DNA from: Guillardia theta CCMP2712
Lineage: Eukaryota > Protista > Cryptophyta
NCBI RefSeq assembly: GCF_000315625.1
Contig: NW_005434578.1
Span: forward strand, 153,018-217,017
Direction: 5' to 3'
DNA: 64,000 nt
Shown here: one piece after another, positions 29,970-42,027 of the stretch
How the letters are laid out: each line of letters begins with the position of its first letter
How positions within the stretch are numbered: position 1 is the first letter of the stretch
The notes under the pieces: generated by a model
Told to the model about the DNA's origin: nothing
The model's input: the letters and a program-made list of their open reading frames with translations, nothing else
The model's database searches: none
Made by a program: the position numbers and the translations under genes

Positions 29970-30940
29970 TCAGCGGCGGGTGGCCCGGGTGCAGAGCCTG
30001 GTGATGCCACGGATACTAGCCTGAGGGCCGTCGAGACTCGGAGCTCAGTGGCCCAGCCCACGGGAATTGCTCACTGTCAGCTGAAAAGGGGATCAGCCTG
30101 ATACAAAAATCCTTGTGACGTGATCGGACACTGCGGCTCCGACTCAGCGGCCGGGCGCCGCCGGGCCCGGGGCCTACTAGGCTAGGCTACTTGCAGCGCC
30201 GCCGGGCGAAGTTTAGTACGGATGCGGCGGTCACTGCGGCGCCGGGCGTAGGCTCCCGCACAGGCCCGCCTCAGAGCTGTGGGACTTCAAGCCGCTTCAA
30301 CCGTATGTTGCCATGCATTATCCGCCCTCCGGTCCGGGAATACTTAACCCGGTTCCCTTTCGATAGGCGGCGCACCGAGATGCGCCCTTCACACGGAGAC
30401 GGTTCCCCTATCAACTAGTATCTCCGAGTTAGGACCGACTAACTTAACCCATCATGTCCAATCACTTATCACCGTGGCACGGTAAGGCGGCGGCGGGGCG
30501 GACTCGACTCGCCGGACTCGGAGTCGCCGAGTCGCCGGGGAGTCCCCGGCCGGGAGCCTCCGCTTCAAGCAAGGCTTTGAAAGTTTACTCAAACGGTTGA
30601 GTATGTCACAGCGCCGGCGGGCACTGCCGCGCATCCCGGCCGGGCGTCCGGCGATGATGCCCGGCGCTGATCGGACCCACCGGTGACCGGCGTGAACTCC
30701 GGGACCGTGATGATCATATCACGCCGGTCCGCCGCCGTCGGATTGAAGTCGTCACTGACTGAGACTGGCGCGGCGGCCCCGCCGGCCATGGGGCAGAGAC
30801 GTGACCGTACCGTCACTGTCACGGACGGTCGGACCGTACTACGTGACCGGCCCGGCCGGGTCACGGCGCCCGCCCGGGTCCCGGGTGCCGCGTGACGGTG
30901 CCGCCCGGGCCGCAGACGGTGCGGCGCGCCCTCAGTGGCA
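29970..30940. repeat. Micro-hairpin/palindrome-rich tract surrounding and interrupting the rRNA fragment
   Basis: gccgggga-g-tccccggc (30534-30550), gactcggagtc, ccggtgaccgg, gtcactgac, cggcgccg. Confidence 0.78.
30310..30605 (-). pseudogene. Degenerate LSU (28S) rRNA fragment interrupted by small insertions
   Basis: The + strand resembles the reverse complement of conserved eukaryotic LSU: gggaat(ac)ttaacccggttccctttcgatagg ... ttcccctatc ... ttaggaccgactaac ... ccat..gtccaa ... cttca..tttgaaagtt..ctca..tgagtat (recalled consensus GGGAATATTAACCCGATTCCCTTTCGA, TTAGGATCGACTAACCCATGTCCAA). Confidence 0.8.
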
Positions 30941-31436
30941 GACTCAGGCGGAGGCGAGCCTGCTTCAGATTGCCTACCCCTCCCTTGGATCCGACGGCGA
31001 ACAACCACCCCACCCATGGGATCAAGGCGCAAGGGTACTACCGTGATAGGGAATGGCGGGAAGGAGGGATCAGAATGGAGGAGGGGATTGAATGAAATAT
31101 GCGCGAGTTGAAACAGATATGAGATGGATCTGATCATCATGAACGCACAGAAGATTGATACGTGAGCTAGGCAGGAGCAGGATGAATGTAAAGGAGGAGG
31201 AGGAGGAGGTAGTCGTACTGCTCGGCTTTCGACATACGTTGGAGTTGATGGGACAGGATCTATCAGACACATGCCCCTTGATGCTGATGCGCTCATGCAA
31301 CCCAGAACCTCTTGACCCCACCACTCTCCTTGCATGCTGAGAAAGCATGAGAGGGTCGCACTGCCATGGCGCGAACTGAATTGACCATCATCGCAGACCA
31401 CGAGGAGGAGTGAGGCGCAGGAAGCGGAATGAGCAG

Positions 31437-34035
31437 ATGAACCGGGCGATATCAACACCTTCAGGTAACAGAAGAGATCACCGCTCCCTTCCTCTGCTCT
31501 TGCTTGCTCTCTGACTCTTTTCGTCGCAGCTGCCCACAGGAGCAGGCACACAGCAGAGGAGGACAAGGTTGCGGCATGGACAGCGCATGTGCGGAAGTCC
31601 AAAGCGTGACAGGATTGGGCCTGACCTGTCGCAGGCGCATCAGTTATGGACGAGATCGAAGGCTGCTCACAAGCACAGAGACGCATCTCTGAACAACATG
31701 CGAGGAGAACTGGGCAAGGAGGTATGCTGCCTGCTGTCGTATGGGCAGGTTCTGACAGGCTGATAGGTGACGGAGGCGGAGGAGCATCAGAGGAAGCTGG
31801 CGAGGTGGAGCTAGAGGTTGAATTGCGATAGGGAGTTAGCTGACATGCTTCTCTTGCTCCCAGCCAAAGGAAGGAGGAAGCTGCTTTGCTCATGGGCCAG
31901 CTATCGCAAGTTCGGCAGAACGTGGATAGTTTGCGGTCGATGATCCAGGCGCGAGGAAGAGGGCCCGAGTACATCGAGAGGTTGCGGGGAACGATGGACA
32001 GCATTGAAAACGAGATCTATCTGGTGAGGAATCAGGAGCAGGAGCATTTGGAGTTCCTCACCAGCGAGGAGAAAACCCTCAATGCCGAGTTGGCGGCGCT
32101 AGAGAGGTCGATCCAGGAATGGGCGACCTCGGACGGGGATAACCGTGTAAGACCCTCCACAGCAGGAGCCTCTTTGTCCTCCAAGCAGGAAGCCATGCCG
32201 GTGCAGAGCAAGATAGGAAGGATGCTGAGCCAACCCCTGCTCCCGCCCGAGGTCGTTGCTGTCGATCGGATCCTCAAGGAGGAAGGAGGGAGTACAGGAG
32301 GCTGGGACGACGCGGATCACGAGAGATTCTTGCGGTACCGGACTCAGTTCAAAGGCCAGCCGCACATCTACTGCGCTAAGACGGCAGATGACCTCCCCGA
32401 CCATGACCTTGCATCTGTCGAGAGGCACGAGCTGTGGTACACAAGGTACCTGACGCTGCTAGAGAAGAAGCGTGAGGCCATCAGGTCATGGAGGACGAAC
32501 AGGCAGCACGAGCAGGAAGAGCAGCGCACCAACACAACCGTGACCAAGGAGGAGGCGCCTTCTCGCCGTCCCCAGTCGGCCAAGAGCTCAAGCAGGGATG
32601 CTGATGTGTCGAGAGAGGAAGTGAAGGAGAAGTTACAGAAGTGGAAGGAGAGCAAGGAGAACGAGAGGCTGCAGAAGCAGGAGGAGGTGATGTAGCAGAT
32701 GCTGCTGTGTGTGCTTGCTGACATGAGTCATAGGAGGCCAAGGCAGAGAGGGAGCGGGCAGAACGGGAGAAGTTGAGGAAGGAAAAGGAACGGCTGGAGA
32801 AGGTGATGAGAGTGGAGAACTACAAAAAGAGCAAGAAGGTCAGTTGCGATCTCACAAAACGTCTGAGTGTAAATGATGACGACGATTTGATCGCAGGCGG
32901 AGGAAGAGGCGAAGAAGAGAGAGGAAGAGTTTCAGCAAGAGCAGAACAAGTCCAAGGTACCCCCCTCCATCCTCTCCGAAGTTCATTTGGTGTTCTGACC
33001 ATCTAAACAGATTTCTGCCGAGCAGCTGGAGCGGATCAGAGTCAGGAACAAGAAGGTTGGCAGCTTCACTCTCCTCCCCCTCCATCCCTGACATGTCGGA
33101 ACCAGCAAACAGAAGAGCATATCAACCTGATCCGCAGGAAGGAGGAGCAAGAGCGGATCAAGGTCTTCCTCCTACCCTTGCTCTTGCTCCCCTCCTTGTC
33201 TCACCGGCTGCTGCAGACGCAGAGGATGGAAGCTCTTCTTGAGCACGTCGATGCCCCCAAGATTGATCGAGATCCCAACAGGCTCGTCGCTCCCACCACT
33301 GCCAGGTATCCCTCTTGCTCCCTTCCCCCTTCATACCTCCTCCTTCCCTCCCCTTTGCCTTATTCCTCCTCCCCCTCCTTCCTACTCCTACATCCTCCTC
33401 CTCCTCCTTCACAACAAGATTCCATCTGATGATCTGGCGTGAGAGCATTGAAACAAACACTGAGGCCCTCAAAATCCTGCATCAAGTCCAGCAGACACAG
33501 ATACGGAAATTCTTCTTGGAGTGGAGTGTCAAAGTTGTTCATCGCAGAATCATAGTAAGCAGTGTCCATTCTATTCCGCTCTTCTCTCTGCTTACTCTGA
33601 TTGCAGANNNNNNNNNNNNNNNNNNNNNNNNNNNNNNNNNNNNNNNNNNNNNNNNNNNNNNNNNNNNNNNNNNNNNNNNNNNNNNNNNNNNNNNNNNNNN
33701 NNNNNNNCCTCCTCCTCCCTCCCTCCCTCCCTCCCTCCCTCCCTCCCTCCCTCCCCTCCCTCCCTCCCTCCCTCCGCCCCCCCCCCCCCCTAACCCACCC
33801 TCCTACCACCGCCTGCTCCTCTCCCTCCTGTGTGTAACCGCCCCCCCCTCGCCCCTTGCGTGTCTTCCTCCACTATCATGCTGTGTTGGTTGAGCTGCTG
33901 GCTGTCAGCATGGCGAAGTCGGAGCTGGAGTCACCGGACGAGAAGAACACACGAGGATACTACTCCATCATGAGACCCAACACAGTCATGCACGTTGCTG
34001 CTCGGGCGACCCCGACATGGCGGTCGGGGATGTGA
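31437..34035 (+). CDS. CCDC112: CCDC112-family coiled-coil protein (centriolar satellite/cilium)
   Basis: LTSEEKTLNAEL, LPPEVVAVDRILKEEGGSTGGWDDADHERFL, VERHELWYTRYLTLLEKKREAIRSWR, DRDPNRLVAPT, C-terminal RATPTWRSGM*; spans gap 33608-33707; start approximate. Confidence 0.82.
33608..33707. other. Assembly gap (100 N)
   Basis: N run. Confidence 1.
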
Positions 34036-34399
34036 GCGACGAGGATGAGGAGGATGAGTGGAAGTTAGTGCTGGTGGAGAAGAAGAAGATGATGATGATG
34101 TTGAAATTGCACACTGATGCTATAAGGCGACTTTGACATTCGCCCACACTCACTCCAACTCCCAACCCCCAACTCTCCTCGTCCTGCTGAAGCTGGTGCC
34201 GATGTTGGTGCAGGTGCAGGTGCAGGTGCAGGTGCAGGTGCAGGTGCTGGTGCTGGCTTCAAGCATAGACAAATGACCGTATTTTTGTCTTCAACAACAA
34301 CGATATCATCATCATCATCATCATCATCACCTGTTTGCCGTCTCGCCTATTCACATGCCACTTTACAACATTCATAATCTCCTTTGCTCTCAAGTCCCT

Positions 34400-37300
34400 T
34401 TAGCGCCGTTGGGCCGGGTTGACTGCCGTCTGAGGACGAGGTTTCTGCGAGAAAGACGTCAAAATGAAGAGAGGAAGGCAGGCAGGAAGGCAGGCAGGGA
34501 GGCAGGCTAGGAGGGAGGGAGGGAGGGAGGGAGGGAGGGAGGGAGGGAGAGGGAGGTGTATAGGTGCAAGGTACAGAGTGAGTGAGTGAGTGAGTGAGTG
34601 AAGGTAGAGCAGGAGGGAGGGATCAAAATACCCACCTTTGTGAGAGGAGGCCGAGGAGATTGAGACGCTCTTGCAGAAAGCAAACCTCCTTTCGACCTGT
34701 GCTGCCTTCAGGCGGAGGAGAGAGGAACAGAGGAAGGAAGGAGCAAAACAGGAGGAGGAAGAGAGAAGAGAGAAGAGGAGAGGAGAGGAGAGGAGAGGAG
34801 AGGAGAGGAGAGGAGAGGAGAGGAGAGGAGAGGAGAGGAGAGGAGAGGAGAGGAGAGGAGAGGAGAGGAAGGGAGTTCAACCTGGCTGAGGACACTTCCT
34901 GCGACAGGGCTAAGTTCATCTGCACGCTAATCCCGCTGCTCTTGCCCTTGTCCGCCGGCTTCCACAGGAGGAGGCGAGGAGAAACCCCGTGAGCAGTGAG
35001 GGAGGGAGGAGCTGCTGCTGCTGCTGCTGCTGCTGCTGTTACTTCCGCTGCCGCTGCCTCCTCCGGCGCCTGCGTGGATCCTTTCCTTGCTCGAAGCCGC
35101 GTCACGTCCCCCTTCCATGCTCCCACCGAGCGCCCGATGGAGTTGGAGGGCTCGGCTCTACCCCTGCTGGACAAGAGCTCGGCCTTGCCCTTCTCCTCCT
35201 CCTCCTCCTCCGCCAGTCTGATCGCTTCCCGCACCAGCTCTGGCGCCATGAGCAGGCGCTCGATCGTCTTCCTCGCCTGGTCGACCGTGAGGGAGATGAG
35301 ACGGTAGCTGTGCCATGCCGCCGACACGTCCAGCTGCTCCTTCACCCCCTCCAGCAGCGACCGCAGCGTCCCCGCAAACTCCCGGCCGAAGGCGAGGCGG
35401 AGGACACCGATGCGGAAGACCTCGGGGTCCATGCCCTCCTCCTCCTCCTCCCCTCCCTCTGGACTCGCGCTGAAGGGGTCGCGGAGGGAGGAGAAGGAGG
35501 CGGAGGAGGACTCGTGCCGGACCAGGAGGTCGAGGAGGAAGTCCACAGAGACGCTGACGCCTGCCCGCCATGAGCTTTCCGCCTCCTCCTCCCGCTGGCT
35601 GTGCGTCCTGAGCTCCTGCAGCAGGGGGCCAATCCTCTCCCTCCTCCCGTGCTTCGCTCTGCTCCTAACAAAGGAAGTCGCTTCCTCCAAGCTCAGCCAG
35701 CAGATCTCGCTCGAGTGGAGGGACTTGAGAAAGTGGAGAACGCGAGGAAGGAGGGCCTTGGAGGAGAGAGGAGGAGTCGCCTCCTCCTCCTCCTGCTCGC
35801 AGCGGAGGGGGATGGAGGAGAGAATCTTCATGTAGGTGACGAGCCTGTGCTGGGCAGTGTCGCGGAGGTTGTCCTGGTCCATGTTGAGGAGGGAGGAGAA
35901 GAAGGAAACTCGTAGACCCGTCGTCCTCACCCCCACCAGCCTCCCGACCCGGCCGAGCACAAGCTTGCTCCTAGCCTCTGCAACCTCCGGGTCCTTGTGC
36001 TGCTGCAGCATGTGGCGGTAGAGAAAGGAGAGCATTGTATCCTGCGAGCAATTGTTTGCCTTCTCCATGTACCAGCTGTTGTAGATCTGCACCCAAGTCA
36101 GGTTATTGTCTCCTGCTCCTCCTGCTCCTCCTGCTCCTTCTCTCCTCCTCCTCCTCCTCCTCATTCCCCCAACCTCCTCCGTGTCCCTTCAAATCTCCAT
36201 CCTCTCCTTCTCAAGTTCCTTGCCTTCTCCCTCCCGAGCTCCTCCTTACCTCAGCAATCGCGTCCAGCACCTCCTCCTCCCCCACAGTCTCGCCCCCCTT
36301 GCTCTCTCTGCTCCCAGCCTTGAGCCGGTCCAGGATGCTGCGATCTACGAGCTTCTCGTTGCGCCGAGCAGGTGCAACAGGTCCCCCCTCCTTCTCCAGC
36401 TCTTGCCGGACTCTTCCCCAGCTGTCTTCCGTCCTCCTCCTGTAGATAGCAACCTCCCGCTTCAAGTTCGCTACCCGCTCGCTCCTGTTCTTCACCTCCT
36501 CCCTCAGCCTCTCCCTCTCCTCCTCCAGCTCCTTTACCCTCCCCTCCGACACTCCCAACCTCAGTGCCTCCTCCTCCACCACCTCCTCCCACGATCTCGT
36601 CTGGCTCTCGCTGTCGGCCTTGTCCATATCGCTCGTGCTCCTTACCCCCCCCAGGTTGATCAGCTTCAGCTGCAACTTCTCCATCGTCCTCTGATGTGCC
36701 TCCATCAACTTCCTGCTCGCCCCCAGCTGCTGTCTCGCCTCCCCCAGCTTTTCCCTGAGCTCCCCAACTTCCTGCAGCAGCTGCAGGTTCCCCAGGGGGA
36801 TCATTCCCAGCTGATCCTCCAGCTCTCCGACGATCCTCCCTCGCTCCTCCACCAGCTTCCGCGCCGTCTCCTCCACCAGGTTCCACTCCTCCGGCAGGTA
36901 GGGCACATGCCGCGACGAGGCGGCGGCGGCGGCGGCGGCAGGAGGGAGGGCACGTTCGTACTCCTTCCTCCTCATCAGCTTGCTCGGGGCAGCGAGCGAC
37001 TCAGTGCGGGAGATACCAAGAGAGGAAGGGAGCCCCTTCACCCCTTTCTCCTTGAACCTCATCACCGCCTCCTCGAACTCCTCCCTTATCCTCCCGTCCT
37101 CCACCAGCACCAGCCCCAGCTTCTCCCGCAAACTTCTCTGCAGCTCGTGTAGCTGGGGCTCCTTCAGCTGCCCCTTGTCCGCCATCAGCCCCCCAACCTT
37201 GTCCGTCACCCTGTCCAGCTCCTCCTGCAACCGGGCCTGAGCTGCCCTCGCCTCCTCCTGTATGTGGTCGCGCTGCAGGATCAGATTCTGAACGCGGAGG

Positions 37301-38300
37301 TTGAGCGCGTGCAGTTTGTTCTTGTCCGAGCTCAGCTCCTCTCTCAGCTCTTCTATTACCTCCTCCCTCCCCCTCCTCTCCTGCTCCAGCCTCTCCACCT
37401 CCCCGGCCAGCGCCTCCATCCTCTCCTTGACAAGGTCGTAGTCGGCGAACCTACTCATCTGCTGCTGGAAGTACTTCACCCTGACCTCCGTCTTCTCCTT
37501 CTCCTCCCGCAGCCCCTGGAGTTCTTCCTCAAGCTCCCCTATCCTCCTCTCCTTGATCCTCTCCTCCTCCCTCATTGCGTCCATCTGCTTCTGCGACTTG
37601 AGGATGAACGCGTTCAGGTCCGCTGACTTCTCCTGCAGCTTCTCTTGCAGCTCCTCCTCCCTCCTCCTCATCTTCTTCACCTCCTCCTTGAGCGCCAAGT
37701 TTGCTTCGTTGAGCTCCGACAACTTTTCCACCCTCTTCTCCTCCCCGGCTGACGCCAACCGCAGCTCGAACTGGCTCTTTCTCAGCTCTTTCTCCAGATC
37801 CGCCTTGTCTTCCTCCCTCCTCCTCAGCAGCTCCTGCAGCTCAACAAGCTGCTTCCGTACCTTCTCCTCCCGCGCCAGGCACTTCTTCATCGCCATGGAG
37901 AAATGCCCGAACACCTGGAAGCGATAGAGAAGAGTATGCACAACGATCAGCCAGTTCTCTCTTGCTGCTCCTCTTGCCCCCGCTCCCTCTCGCTCTCGTG
38001 CTCTTGCTCCCCCTCTGACTCCTGCAGCTGCTCCCGCCAGTACACTTGCTCCAGCTCCCTCCCATGTTCCATCCTCCTCCTCCTCCTCCTCCTCCTCCTC
38101 TGATGTCTGCCTTACTCTCCTGAGGTCTCGACTCTCCTCCTCCTTGACTGAGTGTAAGAGGGAGGAGGAGGAGGAGGCAGCGGAGGAAAGAGCAGCGGAG
38201 CTTCCTCTGCTTCCTCTGTCGAGGCTGAAGGAAGAGCCTGCCCTCTTGCGGATGTCGAGGTACTCGCGGAAGGACACGTTGTTGCTTCCCCTGCAACTTC
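34400..38300 (-). CDS. Large coiled-coil protein, 3' part, with a TSNAXIP1-like helical region
   Basis: Long heptad exon ~36250-38300; QIYNSWYMEK..MLSFLYRHMLQQH..AE..RVSFFSSLL; last exon KPRPQTAVNPAQRR*; may be continuous with 39379-41730 across the gap. Confidence 0.65.
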
Positions 38301-38569
38301 GTAAGCACGAGATGAAACAGAGGAGAGGGAAGAGGAGGAGGAGGAGGAGGAGGAGGAGGAGGAGGAGGAGGAGGAGGAGGAGGAGGAGGAGGAGGAGGAG
38401 CTGCAGGAGTCGGAGGGGGAGCACGAGCACGAGAGCGAGAGGGAGTGAGGAGGAAGAGGAGGAGGAGAACTGGCTGATCGTTGTGCATACTCTTCGCTAT
38501 CGCGTCCAGGTGTTAGGGCATTTCTCATGGCGATGAAGAAGTGCCTGGCCGCGGGAGGAGAAGGTGCGG

Positions 38570-38669
38570 NNNNNNNNNNNNNNNNNNNNNNNNNNNNNNN
38601 NNNNNNNNNNNNNNNNNNNNNNNNNNNNNNNNNNNNNNNNNNNNNNNNNNNNNNNNNNNNNNNNNNNNN
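38570..38669. other. Assembly gap (100 N)
   Basis: N run. Confidence 1.
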
Positions 38670-39378
38670 CATGTTGTCCTCCTCTCCTCATCTGAAGAGA
38701 GCATGTTGTCCTCCTCTCCTCTCCTTGACTTGTCGCTCCTCTCTGTACAGGCATCACAATCACCTTTCAACTCGCCTTCCTTTTGTTACTCCTGCACTCT
38801 TGGATATTTCCAGCATCTTGCCAATTGAATCCTCGTTTTTATCGTTGGCGCGATGAGGCACTCATGCTAGTAAAAGGTGCACGATCAAAGACAAGTGTGT
38901 GACCAACAAGTTGGTGTAAATTGATATTAACGAAGCTGCTCCATTTGCATGTAAACATGTACAAATAAGGAATGTTGAAAACTGTTGTTGGTGGAAATTA
39001 CATGAACAGTCTAGAATGTGAGCTCATGGGCTAACAGACATTTGACTTGTGTTCTGCTTCTACGATTGGAGGTGTAGGAGTCTGAAGAGCTTGTCTGCAG
39101 GTCATGGAAGATCTTGAAAAGAATTTCAGCAAGCTGTCATGCAGCAATGTTGAAACCACTATATCTGAAGCTCCTGGGGAAAGAGGGGGGAGGGGGAGGC
39201 CTCGACAGGCACATGGAGGGGCTTCAGGAGAAGTCGGGGATGCCCAAGAGGAAGAGAGAAGAAGATGATGATGTTTATTGGCATGAGGAGGTGGAGGAGG
39301 AGGAGGAGGAGGAGGAGGAGGAGGCGGAGGATGGGTGAGGAGGAAGAGGAGGCGGAGGATGATGATGATGGGCGAGAC

Positions 39379-41730
39379 TTACTTGAGATCAGCACGAGGA
39401 GAAGGAGCGGGTGACCTGATAGGAGAAGAGACCTCTTTATCGCCCGCACGTTCCTCCTTTTCCTCCTCCTTCTCCTTCTGCTCCCTCTCCAGCCCAGACA
39501 CCAACCCTCCTTTCCTCTCTGCTTCTCCCTCCCTCCCCTCCCCTCCCTCCCCCTCCTCCTTGTTTTGCAGATGAAACGAGAAGAAGCTCATCATCCTCGA
39601 CGCTCTCTGCTCGCTTGTCCTCTGCAGCGTATTCCGGACGAGCAGCATGCGCGACGAGTGACTCGACTCCAGCTTCATGGCCCCGTCCACCCTGCTGACC
39701 TCGTGCTGAACGATCTCCCTCGCCAGCTCCTCCGTCGCCCTCCTCCTCTCCTCCTCCAGCTTCGCTGCCTCCTTCCTAGCAAGGCTGAGAGCCTTCCCCG
39801 TAGCCTCTGCCTCCTCCTCCTTTCTCCGGTGGGCTCGCTGGAGGTTCTTGTGCTCTTCCTGTAAGCCCTTCAAGGCTCCTGCTTTATCCTCTGCCTCCTG
39901 CTTCCACCGCTTCCTCTCTTCCTCCTCGCTCCTCAGCGAGTTTCGTAGAACAGCAACGTTAGCACAGACCATGTCAAGCTCCTCTGACAGCTCGGCTTCC
40001 TTCTTCTTCCTCTCCTCCACCTCCTCCTCCATCTTCCTGACGGAGGTCGAGAGCCGCAGAACCTCTTCCTCCGCCTCCTTCCCCGTCAGCTTCAGTCGAT
40101 CGATCATCTCGTTCATCAGCTTCTCAGTCCTCTCCTTCTCTGCCCGCAACCGATCCAACTCCTGCTGCTGCAGTGCTGCCTGCCTTGCCGCCTCCTGCTC
40201 CAGGTGTGTGATAGTCTCCAGAGCCCTCGTCCTCTCCATCAGCAGCTCCTCCTTCTCCTTCCCTTCCTCCTCCAGCTGCAGCCTGACAGACTTCAGCTCC
40301 TCGTCTATCTTCCCGTTCACCCGGCTCAACGTTGCATGCCGCACGCTCAAGTCATGGAGGCTCTTGGAGGCAGTTTGTGCCTCGTTCCTCGCAGCGTACA
40401 ACTCGGAGGTCAGAGCTTTCTTCTCGGAAAGATGCTTGCTCCTCGTCTGCTCCCGCTCCTCCGACATCTCCTTGTTCTCTCCCTCCAAACGCTCCAAGTC
40501 TCCTCTCAGCACCCCAGTCTCTTCCTCCAGCTCCCTCACCCTGCTCGACAGCCCTGCCACAGCCTGCTCCAGCTGCCTTATAGTCATCAGCTGCTCAGAT
40601 ATCTCCGCCTCCGCCTTGGCTGCCGCCGCGATCCTCTCCGCATGCGCCTTGTTGCTCATGTGGTGGGCGAACGCAATCTCTTCGTTGACGGTCTTGACCC
40701 TCCGGTCAAGGATCGTTTTCTCCCGGTCCAGGTCGGCTATCCTCCTATCCTTTTCCTCCATCATCTCACTGATCAGATCGTGGTTCTCCGCGTCCAGCGC
40801 TTCTCCTGTCAGTGTGCTGAACACCTGCCGGGCAGCGTCACGGCTCGTCTGATCCTTGCAGCAACGACAGAGAGTAGCAGGGGAAAATAGGAGCGGGCAG
40901 AGGCAGAGGGAGAGAGTGCGAGAGGGGGAGAGGGAGGAAGATTGAGTGGGAGAGGGAGAGGTAGAGTAACAGAGCAAAAAAGAGAAGCAAAGAATCGAAG
41001 CCCGCCCCCCCCCCCCCCCCCCTTCGCGCAACAGCAGGCCCGGCACACACCTGAGAGATTTGAAGTACAAGTTCCCTCCTGTGCTCCTTTTCCCTGACGC
41101 CTTCGATCGCCTGCCGTGCGATCGTTCCAAACCCGAAGGAGAAGGCATACAGACCGAGATACAACTTCTCGATCGTCTCCTCTCGCATCCCCGTTTTCCT
41201 GAGTTGACCATGATCGAGACCTGCCGCGGACAGCAGGCTCCTCCCCTCCTCCTTCCATGTCGGCAGGACCGTCTCCTCCACGCTCTGCAGCAGGTTGTAT
41301 GCAGTCGTGGTGGACTTGATCAGATCGGAGTTCCTCAGCTCCAGCAGCTCGTTCAGAACTGCCTCCCACGTGCTCAGCCCCAGCGACACGGTCGGTCGTG
41401 CATGCCGCTCCTCCTCCAGCATGACGGTGGTGCTGTTGTGCTTGTCCTGGTCCAGTGAAGACGGATCGCCCTCATCAGACGCCTTCCTCCTTACCATCAT
41501 GGCACACAAGGTCTAACCGCTGAACAAACCCGTTCACACGAGGCGTCTCATTCACACAGCATTAGCCATGCACCGCGGCATATTCCACCAAGAGATACAT
41601 CCATGCAGTCTGTATCGGCTAGCTCTCTCCTCAGTCTCTGTATCCTGCCCTCTCCTCTGTCCTCCTCCTCCTCCTCCCTTCCTCCCCTCAGCTCCTCTAG
41701 GCTGCGCCGCAAGGCCCATTGCGGGAGCAA
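39379..41730 (-). CDS. Large coiled-coil protein, 5' part
   Basis: GLDHGQLRKTGMREETIEKLYLGLYAFSFGF region spliced to a >400-aa coiled coil (39570-40825); start near 41719-41730. Confidence 0.7.
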
Positions 41731-42027
41731 GCCACCAACGGCTCTTATTCCCGTTACGGAAAAATAACGGGCAAACCCGGCAAGGATCGGGGAAACTACG
41801 AACTTGCTTGCAGTTGGCCGAATGGAGAGGGTCAGGACCTTTGTAATATCTACTATAGCCTCTATTATAATAATGATAACCTTCTACCCATGGGTCTCTA
41901 CATCAATTCGCCCCCTTTCTTAGCTCTTGTTACCTCTGCTCCTCCCTTCCCAGCAAACCTCCCCGCCCTCCTAGCTCGTTCCTGGTCACCCACCGGCCTT
42001 CCCTCCGATCTCCAACCCTTGCTCAAC

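Noticed and set aside
30310-30605. Functional rRNA gene
   Set aside because: Only ~300 bp, heavily interrupted, no rest of the operon
30788-31340. Possible small gene upstream of CCDC112
   Set aside because: Could not assemble a consistent spliced frame
30589-32004. 471-aa minus-strand ORF
   Set aside because: Antisense to CCDC112 exons and runs through a GC-rich palindrome tract; no motif
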